Assembly (NCBI GenBank): GCA_963712745.1
Contig: CAVQJC010000004.1
Coordinates: forward strand, 64,001 to 128,000
Source of the DNA: an uncultured Chloroflexia bacterium
GTDB taxonomy: Bacteria; Chloroflexota; Limnocylindria; Limnocylindrales; CSP1-4
Direction of reading: 5' to 3'
DNA length: 64,000 bases
Shown: positions 1 to 9,906 of the stretch, in pieces
How the letters are laid out: each line of letters opens with the position of its first letter
Numbering within the stretch: position 1 is the first letter of the stretch
The notes under the pieces: model-generated
The model's input: the letters and a program-made list of their open reading frames with translations, nothing else
Told to the model about the DNA's origin: nothing
The model's database searches: none
Position numbers and translations under genes: made by a program

Positions 1-1
1 T

Positions 2-265
2 GAGTTCCACGCCGCGGCAGTGGTGATGGTGGCCGCGGCCGGCTTGGTCGATGCCGAGTCCCTGGGCCCGGAGGTGACCCTCCTCGAACGCCCTGCCACC
101 GAAGATGCCGACGCCGTCGAGGATGCTGTCGTGGTTGCCGCGGACGATGCCGAGTTCGCTGGTTTCGTGGCTGAATACGCGATCCGGCTTGACCGGGGCG
201 AGAGCCCGGCTTCCGCCTTCTCTGCAGCGCTGGGCGACAGCGCCTGGGAGCCCTCGCTTGAGTGA
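2..265 (+). CDS. Hypothetical protein, 5'-truncated by the window edge
   Basis: Open frame from base 2 to TGA 263-265; the stop overlaps the start of the next gene (TTGAGTGA). Confidence 0.55.
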   Translation, partial: EFHAAAVVMVAAAGLVDAESLGPEVTLLERPATEDADAVEDAVVVAADDAEFAGFVAEYAIRLDRGESPASAFSAALGDSAWEPSLE

Positions 266-1454
266 CGCCTGGCTCGCCGGTCGCGGCGATGTCGCGCTCG
301 CGCCGGAGACGGATGAACCGATCCTCGTCTGGAGCGAGGAGCTCTGCCACTACGACTTCGGACCGGGCCACCCGCTCACGCCGAAACGGTTCGGACCTGG
401 CGTCGATCTGGTGCGAGAGATGGGAGCGCAGCGGATGCTGGAGCCGGTGGAGGCCTCCGACGAGGCCCTGGAGCGGCTGCACGCGCGCCACTACATCGAG
501 CAGGTGCGCTCGTTCTCCGACCACCCCTGGCAGCCAGCCGCGATGGGGGTGGGCACCGGGGACGTCCCTGCTTTCCACGGCATGCACGAAGTCTCCGCGC
601 TCATCGCCGGCGGGTCCATCAGCGGAGTGGAGCGCATCCTCGCGGGCGAGGCGCAGCACGTATTCTCCCCGGCCGGTGGCCTTCACCATGCCATGCGCAC
701 CCGAGCGGCCGGCTTCTGCATCTATAACGATGTGGCGCTGGCCGTGGCAGCCGCGCGAGATGCGGGCCACCGGGTCCTCTACATCGACCTCGACGTGCAC
801 CACGGCGACGGTACCCAGGCGCTGTTCTGGGACGATCCCCAGGTATTGACGTTCTCGGTCCACGAGTCGGGCCGGTCGCTCTTCCCCGGTAGCGGGATGC
901 TCGCCGAGATGGGCGAAGGCAAAGGCAAGGGCTTCGCCGTCAATGCCCCGCTCGATCACGGTGTCGGCGACGAGTCCTGGTGGGCCGTGGTGGACTTCAT
1001 GCTGCCGGTGCTGGCGGACATGTTCAAGCCGTCGTTCATCGTCTCGCAACACGGCTGCGACACGCACGTGCTGGACCCGCTTGCTCACCTGCGCCTGTCG
1101 ACCGCCTCCTACGTGCGCGCCTGCGCGCTGGTCGATGGGCTCGCTCACGAGCACGCGGAAGGTCGCTGGTTCGCCACGGGCGGTGGCGGCTACGACATCT
1201 TCAGCGTGGTGCCGCGCTCGTGGGCCCTGGTGTGGCTGGCACAGGCGCACCGGCCGGTCCCGGCCCACACGCCGGAGGTCTGGCGTGAGCGCTGGGCAGC
1301 GGCCGCGGAGGCCTTCGGCCAGGGGCCGCCCCCGGTCGAGATGGTGGATCCGCCGCGCACGGTGGCGCCTGATCCCGACATCATCGTCTCGCGCAACCTC
1401 ACGCGCGCGCGTGAGTCCCTCCTGCAGTCCTTGCGGCTGCAGACCAAATGCTAA
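258..1454 (+). CDS. acuC: Acetoin utilization protein AcuC / histone deacetylase family Zn-dependent deacylase
   Basis: Motifs YDFGPGHPL, GGLHHA, GFCIYND, YIDLDVHHGDG, GGGGY; TTG start at 258 with GGAG 7 nt upstream. Confidence 0.88.
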   Translation: MSDAWLAGRGDVALAPETDEPILVWSEELCHYDFGPGHPLTPKRFGPGVDLVREMGAQRMLEPVEASDEALERLHARHYIEQVRSFSDHPWQPAAMGVGTGDVPAFHGMHEVSALIAGGSISGVERILAGEAQHVFSPAGGLHHAMRTRAAGFCIYNDVALAVAAARDAGHRVLYIDLDVHHGDGTQALFWDDPQVLTFSVHESGRSLFPGSGMLAEMGEGKGKGFAVNAPLDHGVGDESWWAVVDFMLPVLADMFKPSFIVSQHGCDTHVLDPLAHLRLSTASYVRACALVDGLAHEHAEGRWFATGGGGYDIFSVVPRSWALVWLAQAHRPVPAHTPEVWRERWAAAAEAFGQGPPPVEMVDPPRTVAPDPDIIVSRNLTRARESLLQSLRLQTKC

Positions 1455-2317
1455 GGAGCCGGCCGCCGCTGCATGCGGTCGGGCGCATCGGACGTGGGCA
1501 CGCTGATGATGCCTGCATCCTCGAACGAGCCATCGCCGGTGAACCCCAGGAGCGTCAGTTCCTGCACCGCGCCGTCCGGCATCTGGGGGTTGCCCACGGC
1601 GTTGGTGTCGATGCCCAGCGAGCGACCGTCGTGGTGGAACGTGGGGCCGTGCCACTGCGGCGTGTGACCGAAGACCACGCGCTCGATGCCCGCGGCGCGG
1701 TAGGCCTCGAACTCTCTGCCACCCCAGGGCGTGTCGAAGAAGCCTGAACGGATCCACAGGTGCTCCTCGGTGCGGAGGCCGAGATCGTCAAGGCCATGGC
1801 CCGGCGCCAGCCCCCCGTGGACGAAGAGGACATCACGCCAGCGCACCGCCTGTGGCAGCGAGTCGAACCATTCGAACAGGCCGGGGGCGCAGGTCTCCAT
1901 GGCGGCGACAACGAGTCCCGGGTCGGTCGCGTCCTGGCCCACGCAGCCGTAGGACTCGACGGTCGCCTCGCCGCCGTATTCGAGCCAGGTCTCCAGCCAC
2001 TCATGCTCGCCACGCCGCACCATCAACGGCATCACTTCGTGGTTGCCGCGCGCGAGCAAGGCTGCACCGCTAGCCGCGGCGGCCTCTGCCTGGAGTCGCC
2101 GGAGCAGCGCCACCATGCCGCTGATGTCGCCACCCCGGTCGATGTAGTCGCCACAGCCGACCAGCGCCGTTCGCGGGGGTGCGCTCCAGTGAGTATCTTC
2201 ATCGACGACGCCCGCTTCCTGCAGCGCGCCTATCAGGCCCGACGTGACCCCGTGGGAGTCCGAGAAGGCCCACACGGTCCAGTCGTCGGGGAGATGGGGG
2301 AGGCGGGGATCAAACAT
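1451..2317 (-). CDS. Calcineurin-like metallophosphoesterase (Ser/Thr phosphatase/ApaH-like)
   Basis: DSHG, GDYIDRG, RGNHE, VHGG, FGHT motifs. Confidence 0.88.
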   Translation of the reverse strand: MFDPRLPHLPDDWTVWAFSDSHGVTSGLIGALQEAGVVDEDTHWSAPPRTALVGCGDYIDRGGDISGMVALLRRLQAEAAAASGAALLARGNHEVMPLMVRRGEHEWLETWLEYGGEATVESYGCVGQDATDPGLVVAAMETCAPGLFEWFDSLPQAVRWRDVLFVHGGLAPGHGLDDLGLRTEEHLWIRSGFFDTPWGGREFEAYRAAGIERVVFGHTPQWHGPTFHHDGRSLGIDTNAVGNPQMPDGAVQELTLLGFTGDGSFEDAGIISVPTSDAPDRMQRRPAP

Positions 2318-2340
2318 CGCCTGTGAGTATCGGGCACAGG

Positions 2341-2370
2341 GAAGGGCCCCGCCTCGAGGCGGGGCCCTTC
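2341..2370. terminator. GC-rich hairpin downstream of the ABC substrate-binding gene
   Basis: GAAGGGCCCCGCC-TCGA-GGCGGGGCCCTTC, perfect 13-bp stem. Confidence 0.65.
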
Positions 2371-2405
2371 CTCAGACTTCAAGCGTCCAAGCGCTCGTCA
2401 GCCTG

Positions 2406-3758
2406 TTACCAGGTGCAGACACCATCGTCGTCGCACTCGGCTTCGGACTTGGCTATATCGAGGATCTCGAGGCCCTGCTGGGGATCGAGGTACACGATGT
2501 CACCCTTCGTCCCATCGTCGTTGAAGGGGGTGTACGCCGGGGTCACGGCGTTGACGCCGGTCTCGGTGTAGGTGGCGGGTCCGGTCGCGCCTTCGTAGTT
2601 GATCTCCTTGCCCTCGCGCAGGAGGGCCAGGCAGTCGGCGTACAGGTAGCAGGCCTCGCCAGACTCGTCACCGACCGCGTACATGGCCGGCACCCAGTCA
2701 CTAACGTTGTACGATCCGGCCTGCTCGATGGCCAGAGCCGTATGGACCAGGAGGTCGTAGCCCGAGAACGCGTACGGGGTCGTCGCATCGTAAGGCGGGC
2801 ACTCGGCCACGCCCTCGGTGCAACCCTCCTGCGAGTTCCAAAGCTCCTCGTAGAACTGCCAGCCCGGCGAATCGAAATTGGGCGCGAAGGCGGCGAAGCC
2901 GATGGCCTCCTGCGTGGGGATCGGATCAGTCCCGAGTGAGCCGATGAACTCGGCCTCGCTCCAGCCGGTCTCACCGATCCAGTTGAGCGCCAGGCCGGCC
3001 TCCGCCGCCGCCTTGATCAGGTTGGCGGATTCCACCGATCCCGCCTGGACGAGGACGGCGTCCGGCTCCAGGTCGAAGATCTTCTGGGCCTCGGCCCGGT
3101 ACGACGCCTGCTCGGCCGGGGCGTCGATCCGCTCCAACACGTTCAGGCCGAGGGCCTCCGCAGCCTTCTCCTCCGCGTTCGCCGCCAGCTGGAAGCCCTC
3201 CACCTCGGTGGCAAAGATCACGACGTCCTCGGCGCCGATCGAGTCGGCGTACAGAGCCCCGGCGACGCCGAGCATGTCGTCGACACCCTGGGCTCGGAAG
3301 AGCGGCTCTTCGACGCTTCCGCCGAGGTTGCCCGGGATGGCCCCGCCGTGGATGGTCGGCGCGAGCGGCGCGTCGTTCTCTGCCCACTGCTCGAGCATGT
3401 AGTCACGGTAGTTGCGGTACTGGTGGGCCATGCTCACGATGATCTCGGCACCGTGCTTCTCGATGCACGTCCTCGCCGCCTGACCTTCCATGTCGTCCCC
3501 GATGTCCTCGGAGATGAGCACCCAGGGGCGACCCAGCGGCGGGTCGGTGTTGATGACTTCGTCGATGACGAAGCGCACATCGTTGGTCAGGCTGGGCCCG
3601 TACGACGCGAAGCTTCCGGTGTAATAGGCGAGCTCGCAGACTTCGATCGGATCAGCTTCCTCCTGCGCCGCGACGCCCACGCTGAGCGACGTGGCGAGGA
3701 GGGTCGCTCCGGCGATCGACGCCGCGAGGCGGCCTGCTTGCTTAGTCCTGGAGTTCAT
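2406..3758 (-). CDS. ABC transporter substrate-binding protein, LivJ/K-like (periplasmic binding protein type 1)
   Basis: Signal peptide ending VAAQ; LIV-type features (YTGSFASYGP, SYRAEAQK, INYEGATG); last gene of the LIV-type operon. Confidence 0.82.
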   Translation of the reverse strand: MNSRTKQAGRLAASIAGATLLATSLSVGVAAQEEADPIEVCELAYYTGSFASYGPSLTNDVRFVIDEVINTDPPLGRPWVLISEDIGDDMEGQAARTCIEKHGAEIIVSMAHQYRNYRDYMLEQWAENDAPLAPTIHGGAIPGNLGGSVEEPLFRAQGVDDMLGVAGALYADSIGAEDVVIFATEVEGFQLAANAEEKAAEALGLNVLERIDAPAEQASYRAEAQKIFDLEPDAVLVQAGSVESANLIKAAAEAGLALNWIGETGWSEAEFIGSLGTDPIPTQEAIGFAAFAPNFDSPGWQFYEELWNSQEGCTEGVAECPPYDATTPYAFSGYDLLVHTALAIEQAGSYNVSDWVPAMYAVGDESGEACYLYADCLALLREGKEINYEGATGPATYTETGVNAVTPAYTPFNDDGTKGDIVYLDPQQGLEILDIAKSEAECDDDGVCTW

Positions 3759-3803
3759 GAACGTTATCCTCCTGCTGTGGCCTGGACCGAGGTCATGCGC
3801 GTA

Positions 3804-4520
3804 TCAGATCCGGTAGCCCTCCTTTAGCTGCTGTGTCGTGATGTCTGCGGCGTCTACGACCGCGGTGGATTCTCCAAGATTGAGGACCATGACCCGGTCG
3901 GCTACCTGCAAGGCCTTGGTGGCGTTCTGCTCAGCGAGCACGATCGCGACCCCACGAGAATCGTGCATCTCACGGATCTTGTCCATGAACAGATCGACGT
4001 ACAGGGGCGAGAGGCCCGCCGTCGGCTCGTCGAGGAGCATCACCTTGGGGTCCTGCATCAGGGCACGCCCACAGGCGACCATGCGCGACTCGCCGCCACT
4101 CAGGGTCCCCGCCGACTGCTTGAGCTTGGTCTTGAGATCGGGGAAGAGCTCGAGCACCTCGTCCGTGCGTTCGTCCTGCGAGCGTGTGCCGATCATGGCC
4201 CCCACCTGCAGGTTCTCGAGCACGCTCAGCTCCGGGAAGACGCCCTGCTCCTGGGGGACGTAGGCGATGCCTCGGGCCGCGGTCTCGAACGCGGGGACGT
4301 TCGAGACGTCCTGGCCCAGGAACCGGATCGAGCCGCCCATGAGCGGGATGAGGCGAGCAAGGGTGGCGAGCAGCGTGGTCTTCCCGGCTCCGTTGGCGCC
4401 GAGCACGGTGAAGACCTCGTGGCTGACCTGGAACTCGAGTCCCTTGAGCACTGTCACACCGTGGTAGCCGCTGCGCAGGTCAGCGACCTCGATGAGAGGC
4501 TGCGTAGTGGGATCAGACAT
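3804..4520 (-). CDS. ABC transporter ATP-binding protein, LivF-like
   Basis: Walker A GANGAGKT, signature LSGGE, Walker B LLDEP; start MSDPTT at 4520. Confidence 0.9.
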   Translation of the reverse strand: MSDPTTQPLIEVADLRSGYHGVTVLKGLEFQVSHEVFTVLGANGAGKTTLLATLARLIPLMGGSIRFLGQDVSNVPAFETAARGIAYVPQEQGVFPELSVLENLQVGAMIGTRSQDERTDEVLELFPDLKTKLKQSAGTLSGGESRMVACGRALMQDPKVMLLDEPTAGLSPLYVDLFMDKIREMHDSRGVAIVLAEQNATKALQVADRVMVLNLGESTAVVDAADITTQQLKEGYRI

Positions 4521-5310
4521 GACCCTCTCCCAGGTACTTCTCCACCACCGTGCGATGCTCACGGATCGACTCGGGAGGGCCATCCAGGACGACCTTGCCC
4601 TCGGCCATGAAGTGGACCTTGTCGCACACGCTCCAGATGACGTTGAGGTCGTGTTCGACGATGACCACAGAGGTGCCCTCGGCCGCCAGCCCACGCATCT
4701 CGTCCATGACCTTCTCGGTCAGATCTTCCGGCAATCCCGCGGTCGGTTCGTCCATGAGCAGGAACGTGGGCTTGAGCAGCAGGCAGCGCACGATGTCGAG
4801 CAGCTTCTTCTCGCCTGCCGACAGGGCGTACGTGGTGGGGTCGTCGAAGCCGAAGAGGTCGAGGTAGTAGCGCATCTCCTCCTCGTGCGCTTTGAAGACC
4901 GTCTTCTCCGACAGGATGCGGTAGGGCTGTTCGAAGCTCGACTCGGTCACCGAGAGCAGCAGCGAGTCCCAGATGGTCAGCTTGTCGAAGTCCATGATGA
5001 CCTGGTTGGACTTGACCACGCCATGGTGCGCGATCCGCTGGGCGGGCTGCGATGAGAGCACGACCTGATCTCCGCTCGGGAGGCTGAGCGTGACGCTCCC
5101 CCGGTCGAGGGGGATCGAGTGCATGACCATGCGCATCAGCGTGGTCTTGCCGGCACCGTTGGGCCCGATGAGGCCTTCGATCGGCTGCTCGCCCAGGGTC
5201 AGATCATCGACGTCCACGACTACACGCCCGGAGTAGGACTTGGCTGCGTTCTTCACGTGGATGCGCGGACGCGTGACGGCGGCGGGGGTGGCGACGGCGT
5301 CACTTGCCAT
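4513..5310 (-). CDS. ABC transporter ATP-binding protein, LivG-like
   Basis: GPNGAGKT, LSAGE, LMDEP, VEHD, C-terminal VVEKYLG. Confidence 0.9.
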   Translation of the reverse strand: MASDAVATPAAVTRPRIHVKNAAKSYSGRVVVDVDDLTLGEQPIEGLIGPNGAGKTTLMRMVMHSIPLDRGSVTLSLPSGDQVVLSSQPAQRIAHHGVVKSNQVIMDFDKLTIWDSLLLSVTESSFEQPYRILSEKTVFKAHEEEMRYYLDLFGFDDPTTYALSAGEKKLLDIVRCLLLKPTFLLMDEPTAGLPEDLTEKVMDEMRGLAAEGTSVVIVEHDLNVIWSVCDKVHFMAEGKVVLDGPPESIREHRTVVEKYLGEGHV

Positions 5311-6247
5311 GGAGCTTCCTCATGAGCTTGTCTCGACGCATGTCGCCGAGGACGCCGAGCGGCCGGAAGACCAGGACCACGATGAGGGCCGCACCAAAGA
5401 TCGCCTCCCGCATGACCGGGATGGTCTGCGTGTACCACTCCCGGGGCAGCGGCAGATACGACTGGACCAGGATGTCGAAGAGCCCCACGGTCAGGACGAC
5501 GCCGACCACGGCACCCCAGACGCGCGCGCTCCCGCCCAGCACGAGCCCGACCATCGCTGCCAGGGTCACGCCCACGCCGATCTGACCGACGTCGAGGAAG
5601 CGCAGTTGGACGCCCGCCAGCGCCCCGAGCAGCCCCATCGCGCCCGAGGTGACCGCGAACAGGCCGACCTTGGCGCGGAACGTGGACTTGCCCAGGCTTC
5701 TCGCCAGCGGCTCGTTGGAGCCCATGCCGATGAGCAGTCGGCCGTAGGGCGATCGATGGACCTGTCTGGCGAACAGGAAGATGACGACCACGACCGCAGT
5801 GACCACGAGCAGCCAGGCGAATTCGTCCTCCTTGACCTTGCCCACGTCGAACGGGATACGAAGCCCGCCCAGGCCGCGAGATCCGCCGGTCCACTGGTCC
5901 TCGGTGGTCGCCAGGATCTGGACGGCGGCCGCGAAGCCGAGCGTGGTCACGAGCACGCCGTCGGTGTCCTGGTCAGAGATGAACCAGCCCACGATGACAC
6001 CGGCGATGGCGGTGACGACGGTGGCGATGGCGGTGCACACGAGGAACTGCCAGGGGTCGCCGAAGGGCCAGTCGACCTGGACGTAGAGCACGCCGAACAC
6101 GAACATGCCCAGGCCCCAGAAGCCGACCACGCCGAAGTTGGCGATACGGGTCAGGCCCAGCTGTAGGTGCAGCAGCAACGCCAGGCCGGTGACCATGACG
6201 ACCTGGAAGAGGCCGGTGATCAGGAAGGAGTCGAGCCAGTCGAGCAC
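5300..6247 (-). CDS. Branched-chain amino acid-type ABC permease, LivM-like
   Basis: Multi-TM protein; NFGVVGFWGLG, TGGSRGL, SPYGRLL motifs. Confidence 0.88.
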   Translation of the reverse strand: MLDWLDSFLITGLFQVVMVTGLALLLHLQLGLTRIANFGVVGFWGLGMFVFGVLYVQVDWPFGDPWQFLVCTAIATVVTAIAGVIVGWFISDQDTDGVLVTTLGFAAAVQILATTEDQWTGGSRGLGGLRIPFDVGKVKEDEFAWLLVVTAVVVVIFLFARQVHRSPYGRLLIGMGSNEPLARSLGKSTFRAKVGLFAVTSGAMGLLGALAGVQLRFLDVGQIGVGVTLAAMVGLVLGGSARVWGAVVGVVLTVGLFDILVQSYLPLPREWYTQTIPVMREAIFGAALIVVLVFRPLGVLGDMRRDKLMRKLHGK

Positions 6248-6251
6248 GGCG

Positions 6252-7124
6252 CTACACCTTTACCGTCTCAGCCAGCTTGTGGCCCCGCCACTTGAGCAGG
6301 AGGATGAAGCCGACGATCAACACCAGGTGTGAATAGAGGATGTGTTCGAACGTGAGCGCCATGGCCGTAAGTGCGATGCCAGTGGCGAGGCCCACGGCGA
6401 TGACACCTCCAAGGCCCCACGCACCGCCGACGAGGACCACCAGCAGGATGAACAGGAACTGCTGCCAGCCGAGCAGCGGAGCCACTGACGAGCTGACGCC
6501 GTAGAACGCACCCGCCAGGCCGGCGGCGACGCCGGCCACGAACCAGATGATCATCGTGACCGTCAGGGGCCGGATGCCGCTCACCTGGGCCAGGTTCTCA
6601 TCGGCAGCGAGCGCACGTGCCTGCAGCCCGTATTTCGAGCGCCGGATGAAGAGATAGATCAGCAGCGCCAGGATGATGACGGTCACCAGTGCTACGAGTC
6701 TGAACGATGAGATGCCGACGTCGAGGATGTAGATGGTGTCGGCCGGCGGGACGTCGAAGAAGCGCCGCGGGTAGCCGAAGATGAACTGGAGCCCGTGGCG
6801 CAGGAAGATGGAGAGGCCGAAGGAGATGATGATCATCTCGAGCGCGCCCACCCCGCGCTGCTTGGCCGGGCGGAAGATGAGCAGGTAGGTGGCGACCGAT
6901 AGGATGCCGCTGAGGATGGCGGTGGGGATGAGGACGGCGAAGAAGTCGAGCTCGAAGGTCGTGTTGAGCCACATCCCGAAGTACGCGCCGAGCGTGATCG
7001 TCTCCGAGTAGGCCACGTTGATGAGGCCGGTCAGGCGATAGATCAGCGCGAAGCCGATGGCCGCCAGCACGAGCGGAGCATGCTCGGTGAGGCCGATGAC
7101 GACCGACTGCGCGATGAAGTCCAT
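6252..7124 (-). CDS. Branched-chain amino acid-type ABC permease, LivH-like
   Basis: LAAIGFALIYRLTGLINVA and SKYGLQARALAADENLAQVSGI motifs. Confidence 0.88.
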   Translation of the reverse strand: MDFIAQSVVIGLTEHAPLVLAAIGFALIYRLTGLINVAYSETITLGAYFGMWLNTTFELDFFAVLIPTAILSGILSVATYLLIFRPAKQRGVGALEMIIISFGLSIFLRHGLQFIFGYPRRFFDVPPADTIYILDVGISSFRLVALVTVIILALLIYLFIRRSKYGLQARALAADENLAQVSGIRPLTVTMIIWFVAGVAAGLAGAFYGVSSSVAPLLGWQQFLFILLVVLVGGAWGLGGVIAVGLATGIALTAMALTFEHILYSHLVLIVGFILLLKWRGHKLAETVKV

Positions 7125-7211
7125 CAGCGCTCAGCCCGCTCGCACGCGGTCGATACCGGCCGGAGGTCGCGTGTCTCGTATCGCACCATCTCGGTCACTC
7201 GGTCATCGACC

Positions 7212-8177
7212 TCAATCGCAACTCGTCACCGGTCCGTCGCTGGCAAGCAGTTTGAGCACCCGTTGGGCCACCCGCTCGGCGGAGAGACAGTACATGTCGA
7301 GCAGCTCCTCGTCGGTGGCCGACTCGGTGTAGTGGTCCTGGATGCCGATGCGGTCGACCCGCGTGGGCCGGTGCTCGGACAGCGTCTCTGCCACGGCCCC
7401 GCCGAGGCCGCCGATGACGGTGTGCTCCTCGACGGTCACGACGCGCCCGGTGCGCCCGGCGGCCTCGACGATGCCGGCCACGTCGAGCGGCTTGATGGTG
7501 GGCACGTGCACGACGTGGGCCTCGATGCCGCTCCCCGCGAGGATGTCGGCGGCGTCGACCACGCGCGGGGTCTGGGTGCCGGTACTGATCAAGGTGATGT
7601 CGGAGCCCTCGCGCACGACCTTGACCTTGCCGAACTGGAACTTGTGCCCCGGCGCGAAGAGCTGCTGGGTCACGTCGCGCACGAGACGGATGAAGACCGG
7701 GCCGTCGTACTCGAGCGACCAGGCCAGGACGGCCTTGGTCTCGACCTCGTCGGCGGGGCTGATGACGACCATGCCGGGCATGGCCCGCGCGATGCTGATG
7801 TCGTCGACGATCTGGTGCGTCTTGCCGGCCTTGCCGGTGAAGAGCCCGCAGTAGCCGGCGGTGATCTTGACGTTGGCCCCGGTCTGGGCGATGAGCACGC
7901 GGATCTGGTCCAGCGGCCGATGCAGGGCGAAGGCCACGAAGGTGCTGATGAAGGGCACGAGGCCGACCTTGGCCATGCCCGCGGCCACGCCCAGCATGTT
8001 CTGCTCGGCGATGCCCATCTGGTAGAAGCGATCGGGGTAGGCGTCCTCGAAGAGCTTGGCCTGGGTCGAGCTGCCGAGGTCCCCGTCGAGCACGACGATG
8101 CGCGGATCGCGGGCCGCCAGCTCGGTGACGGTCTCACCGAACACGAGGCGCAGCGGCTTGCCTTCTGGGAGCGTCAT
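7212..8177 (-). CDS. Transketolase, C-terminal (pyrimidine-binding) subunit
   Basis: GIAEQNM, GKTHQ, TIKPLD, VEEH motifs. Confidence 0.93.
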   Translation of the reverse strand: MTLPEGKPLRLVFGETVTELAARDPRIVVLDGDLGSSTQAKLFEDAYPDRFYQMGIAEQNMLGVAAGMAKVGLVPFISTFVAFALHRPLDQIRVLIAQTGANVKITAGYCGLFTGKAGKTHQIVDDISIARAMPGMVVISPADEVETKAVLAWSLEYDGPVFIRLVRDVTQQLFAPGHKFQFGKVKVVREGSDITLISTGTQTPRVVDAADILAGSGIEAHVVHVPTIKPLDVAGIVEAAGRTGRVVTVEEHTVIGGLGGAVAETLSEHRPTRVDRIGIQDHYTESATDEELLDMYCLSAERVAQRVLKLLASDGPVTSCD

Positions 8178-9061
8178 GCAGCACCTCCCTCAGGCTCGCC
8201 GAGCTCGGCCATGGCGATGGCGAACTCCTCGTCGGTGGGCACACCCATGTGCCACTGGTAATTGCCGGCCATGTAGCTGACGCCATAGCCCTTGAGCGTG
8301 TTGGCGATGACCGCGGTCGGGCGGCCGGTGGGCTCAGCGGCGGCCTCGAGCACGCGCACCACCTCGACCATGTCGTTGCCGTCCATCTCTAGCACCCGCC
8401 AGCCGAAGGCTGTGAAGCGGGCCACCAGGTCGCCGGGTTCCTCGGGCGGCAGGCGGTCGGTGGCCGACTCGCCACGCCAGCCGAACTGCTGGAGCCTGTT
8501 GTGGTCGACGATGGCGATGAGGTTGTCCGCCCTGTAGCGCGGCGCCACGTGGGCGGCCTCCCAGACCTGGCCCTCCTGGCACTCGCCGTCACCGAGCAAC
8601 ACGTACGTCAGGAACTCCTGGCCCAGGTGCCTCGCGCCCAGGGCCATGCCCAGACCGGCAGACAGGCCCATGCCCAGCGAGCCGGTCGAGATGTCGATGC
8701 CGGGCAACTTGTTCATGTCGGGATGGCCCTGCAGGCGCGCGCCCTTCTTGTTGAAGGTCGACATCTCCGCGAGCGGGAAATAGCCCGCCAGCGCCATGGC
8801 AGCGTACTGGCCCAGCGCGGAGTGGCCCTTCGACAGGATGAAACGGTCGCGATCTGGCCAGTCGGGCTCGCCGGGGCGGATGCGCAGGATGCGGCCGTAC
8901 AGCGCGGCCAGGATGTCGGCAGCCGAGAGGGGCCCGCCCACGTGGCCGACCTTGCACTCCGCGACGGTACGGATGACCGCCACACGGATGCGCCGGGCCA
9001 TGTCCTCCAAGCGCGCGATCTCGCCGGCCGGCACGCTGCCGGCTGCCATATCGGCGGTCAT
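8174..9061 (-). CDS. Transketolase, N-terminal (ThDP-binding) subunit
   Basis: GHVGG, RDRFILSKGH, LQGHP, STGSLG, GDGE...N ThDP motif; ATGA overlaps with neighbours. Confidence 0.93.
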   Translation of the reverse strand: MTADMAAGSVPAGEIARLEDMARRIRVAVIRTVAECKVGHVGGPLSAADILAALYGRILRIRPGEPDWPDRDRFILSKGHSALGQYAAMALAGYFPLAEMSTFNKKGARLQGHPDMNKLPGIDISTGSLGMGLSAGLGMALGARHLGQEFLTYVLLGDGECQEGQVWEAAHVAPRYRADNLIAIVDHNRLQQFGWRGESATDRLPPEEPGDLVARFTAFGWRVLEMDGNDMVEVVRVLEAAAEPTGRPTAVIANTLKGYGVSYMAGNYQWHMGVPTDEEFAIAMAELGEPEGGAA

Positions 9062-9429
9062 GCCGACCCGTTGCCTTTCTCGTAGGAGCCGGGCACGACG
9101 GGTGGGCTGAAGAAGCAGGCGATCTCGAGCGGCTCGGGCCCGTCCGACTCGGTGGCGTGCGGCGTCCCGGGACTGACCCAGACCGCGACCCCGGGCTCCA
9201 TCTCGGCCACCCCATCGGGCGTGACGATGCGGCCGCGGCCACTGACGCAGTAGATCGTCTCCTCCTGGATGTCGTGTACGTGTCCTTCCGGCGCAGAGCC
9301 TGCGGGGAAGACCGAGACGCCGAATGAGATGCGCTCGGTGGCGATGTTCTCGGGCCCGAGGTACGTATGCCAGTCACGACCGGGGAGGGGATAGACCTCG
9401 GCCTCCCCGCGTGACACGCGCTTCATCAT
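9058..9429 (-). CDS. Cupin domain protein
   Basis: HVHDIQEETIY...G and PGTPH cupin metal motifs; GAGGT SD before ATG 9429. Confidence 0.85.
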   Translation of the reverse strand: MMKRVSRGEAEVYPLPGRDWHTYLGPENIATERISFGVSVFPAGSAPEGHVHDIQEETIYCVSGRGRIVTPDGVAEMEPGVAVWVSPGTPHATESDGPEPLEIACFFSPPVVPGSYEKGNGSA

Positions 9430-9496
9430 CAGTGCACCTCGTTGCATCCCTGTGCCACCTGTTCTCGCAGCGTCGGTCCCTCCACGAACCGTCACA

Positions 9497-9538
9497 ATCG
9501 ATTATCGAGGATACGCTTTTCGGGCAAGCCAATGTCAA
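9497..9538 (-). promoter_or_regulatory. Putative leftward sigma70 promoter (TTGACA/TATCCT) abutting operator TCGATTATCGA
   Basis: Minus-strand TTGACA 9538-9533 and TATCCT 9513-9508 (19-bp spacer, long); palindrome at 9498-9508. Confidence 0.55.
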
Positions 9539-9676
9539 GCGGACCCGCATCGGGGGGCCATCCGGCCCAAGCGTATAGCCGAACCGCAACCGGGCAGGGA
9601 AAAGCGGGCACCGAGCCACGGGCCAAGGGGCCGTCAGGCCCGTCCTCAGCATGACCACGAGCACGGGCACGATTCC

Positions 9677-9726
9677 TTGACGGTCGTAGGCTGGGACGCG
9701 TATGGTCATCGGTAATCGATTATCTA
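9677..9726 (+). promoter_or_regulatory. Putative rightward sigma70 promoter (TTGACG-18-TATGGT) followed by two overlapping imperfect TCGATnATCGA operators
   Basis: TTGACG 9677-9682, TATGGT 9701-9706, TCGGTAATCGA 9709-9719, TCGATTATCTA 9716-9726. Confidence 0.62.
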
Positions 9727-9906
9727 TGAGTCCGGCCCGGCACCGCCCGGGCGGACACAGGGGTGGAGGGTTGCCGCTGGCGCACCTGTCGTGATTCGGC
9801 TCGGGCTGAGGGGCCGGGGCCACGGGCGTACACCATGGCTCGGAGGGAGCCGATGTCAGGGACCGGTCGTGGAGGACGATCGGCATACCAAGGAGGCGAA
9901 CGACAG

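Noticed and set aside
105-257. N-terminal extension of acuC and similar long starts in the ORF track (e.g. 9763, 12184, 14311, 55191)
   Set aside because: They overlap upstream genes or promoters; better SD-supported or coupled starts lie downstream
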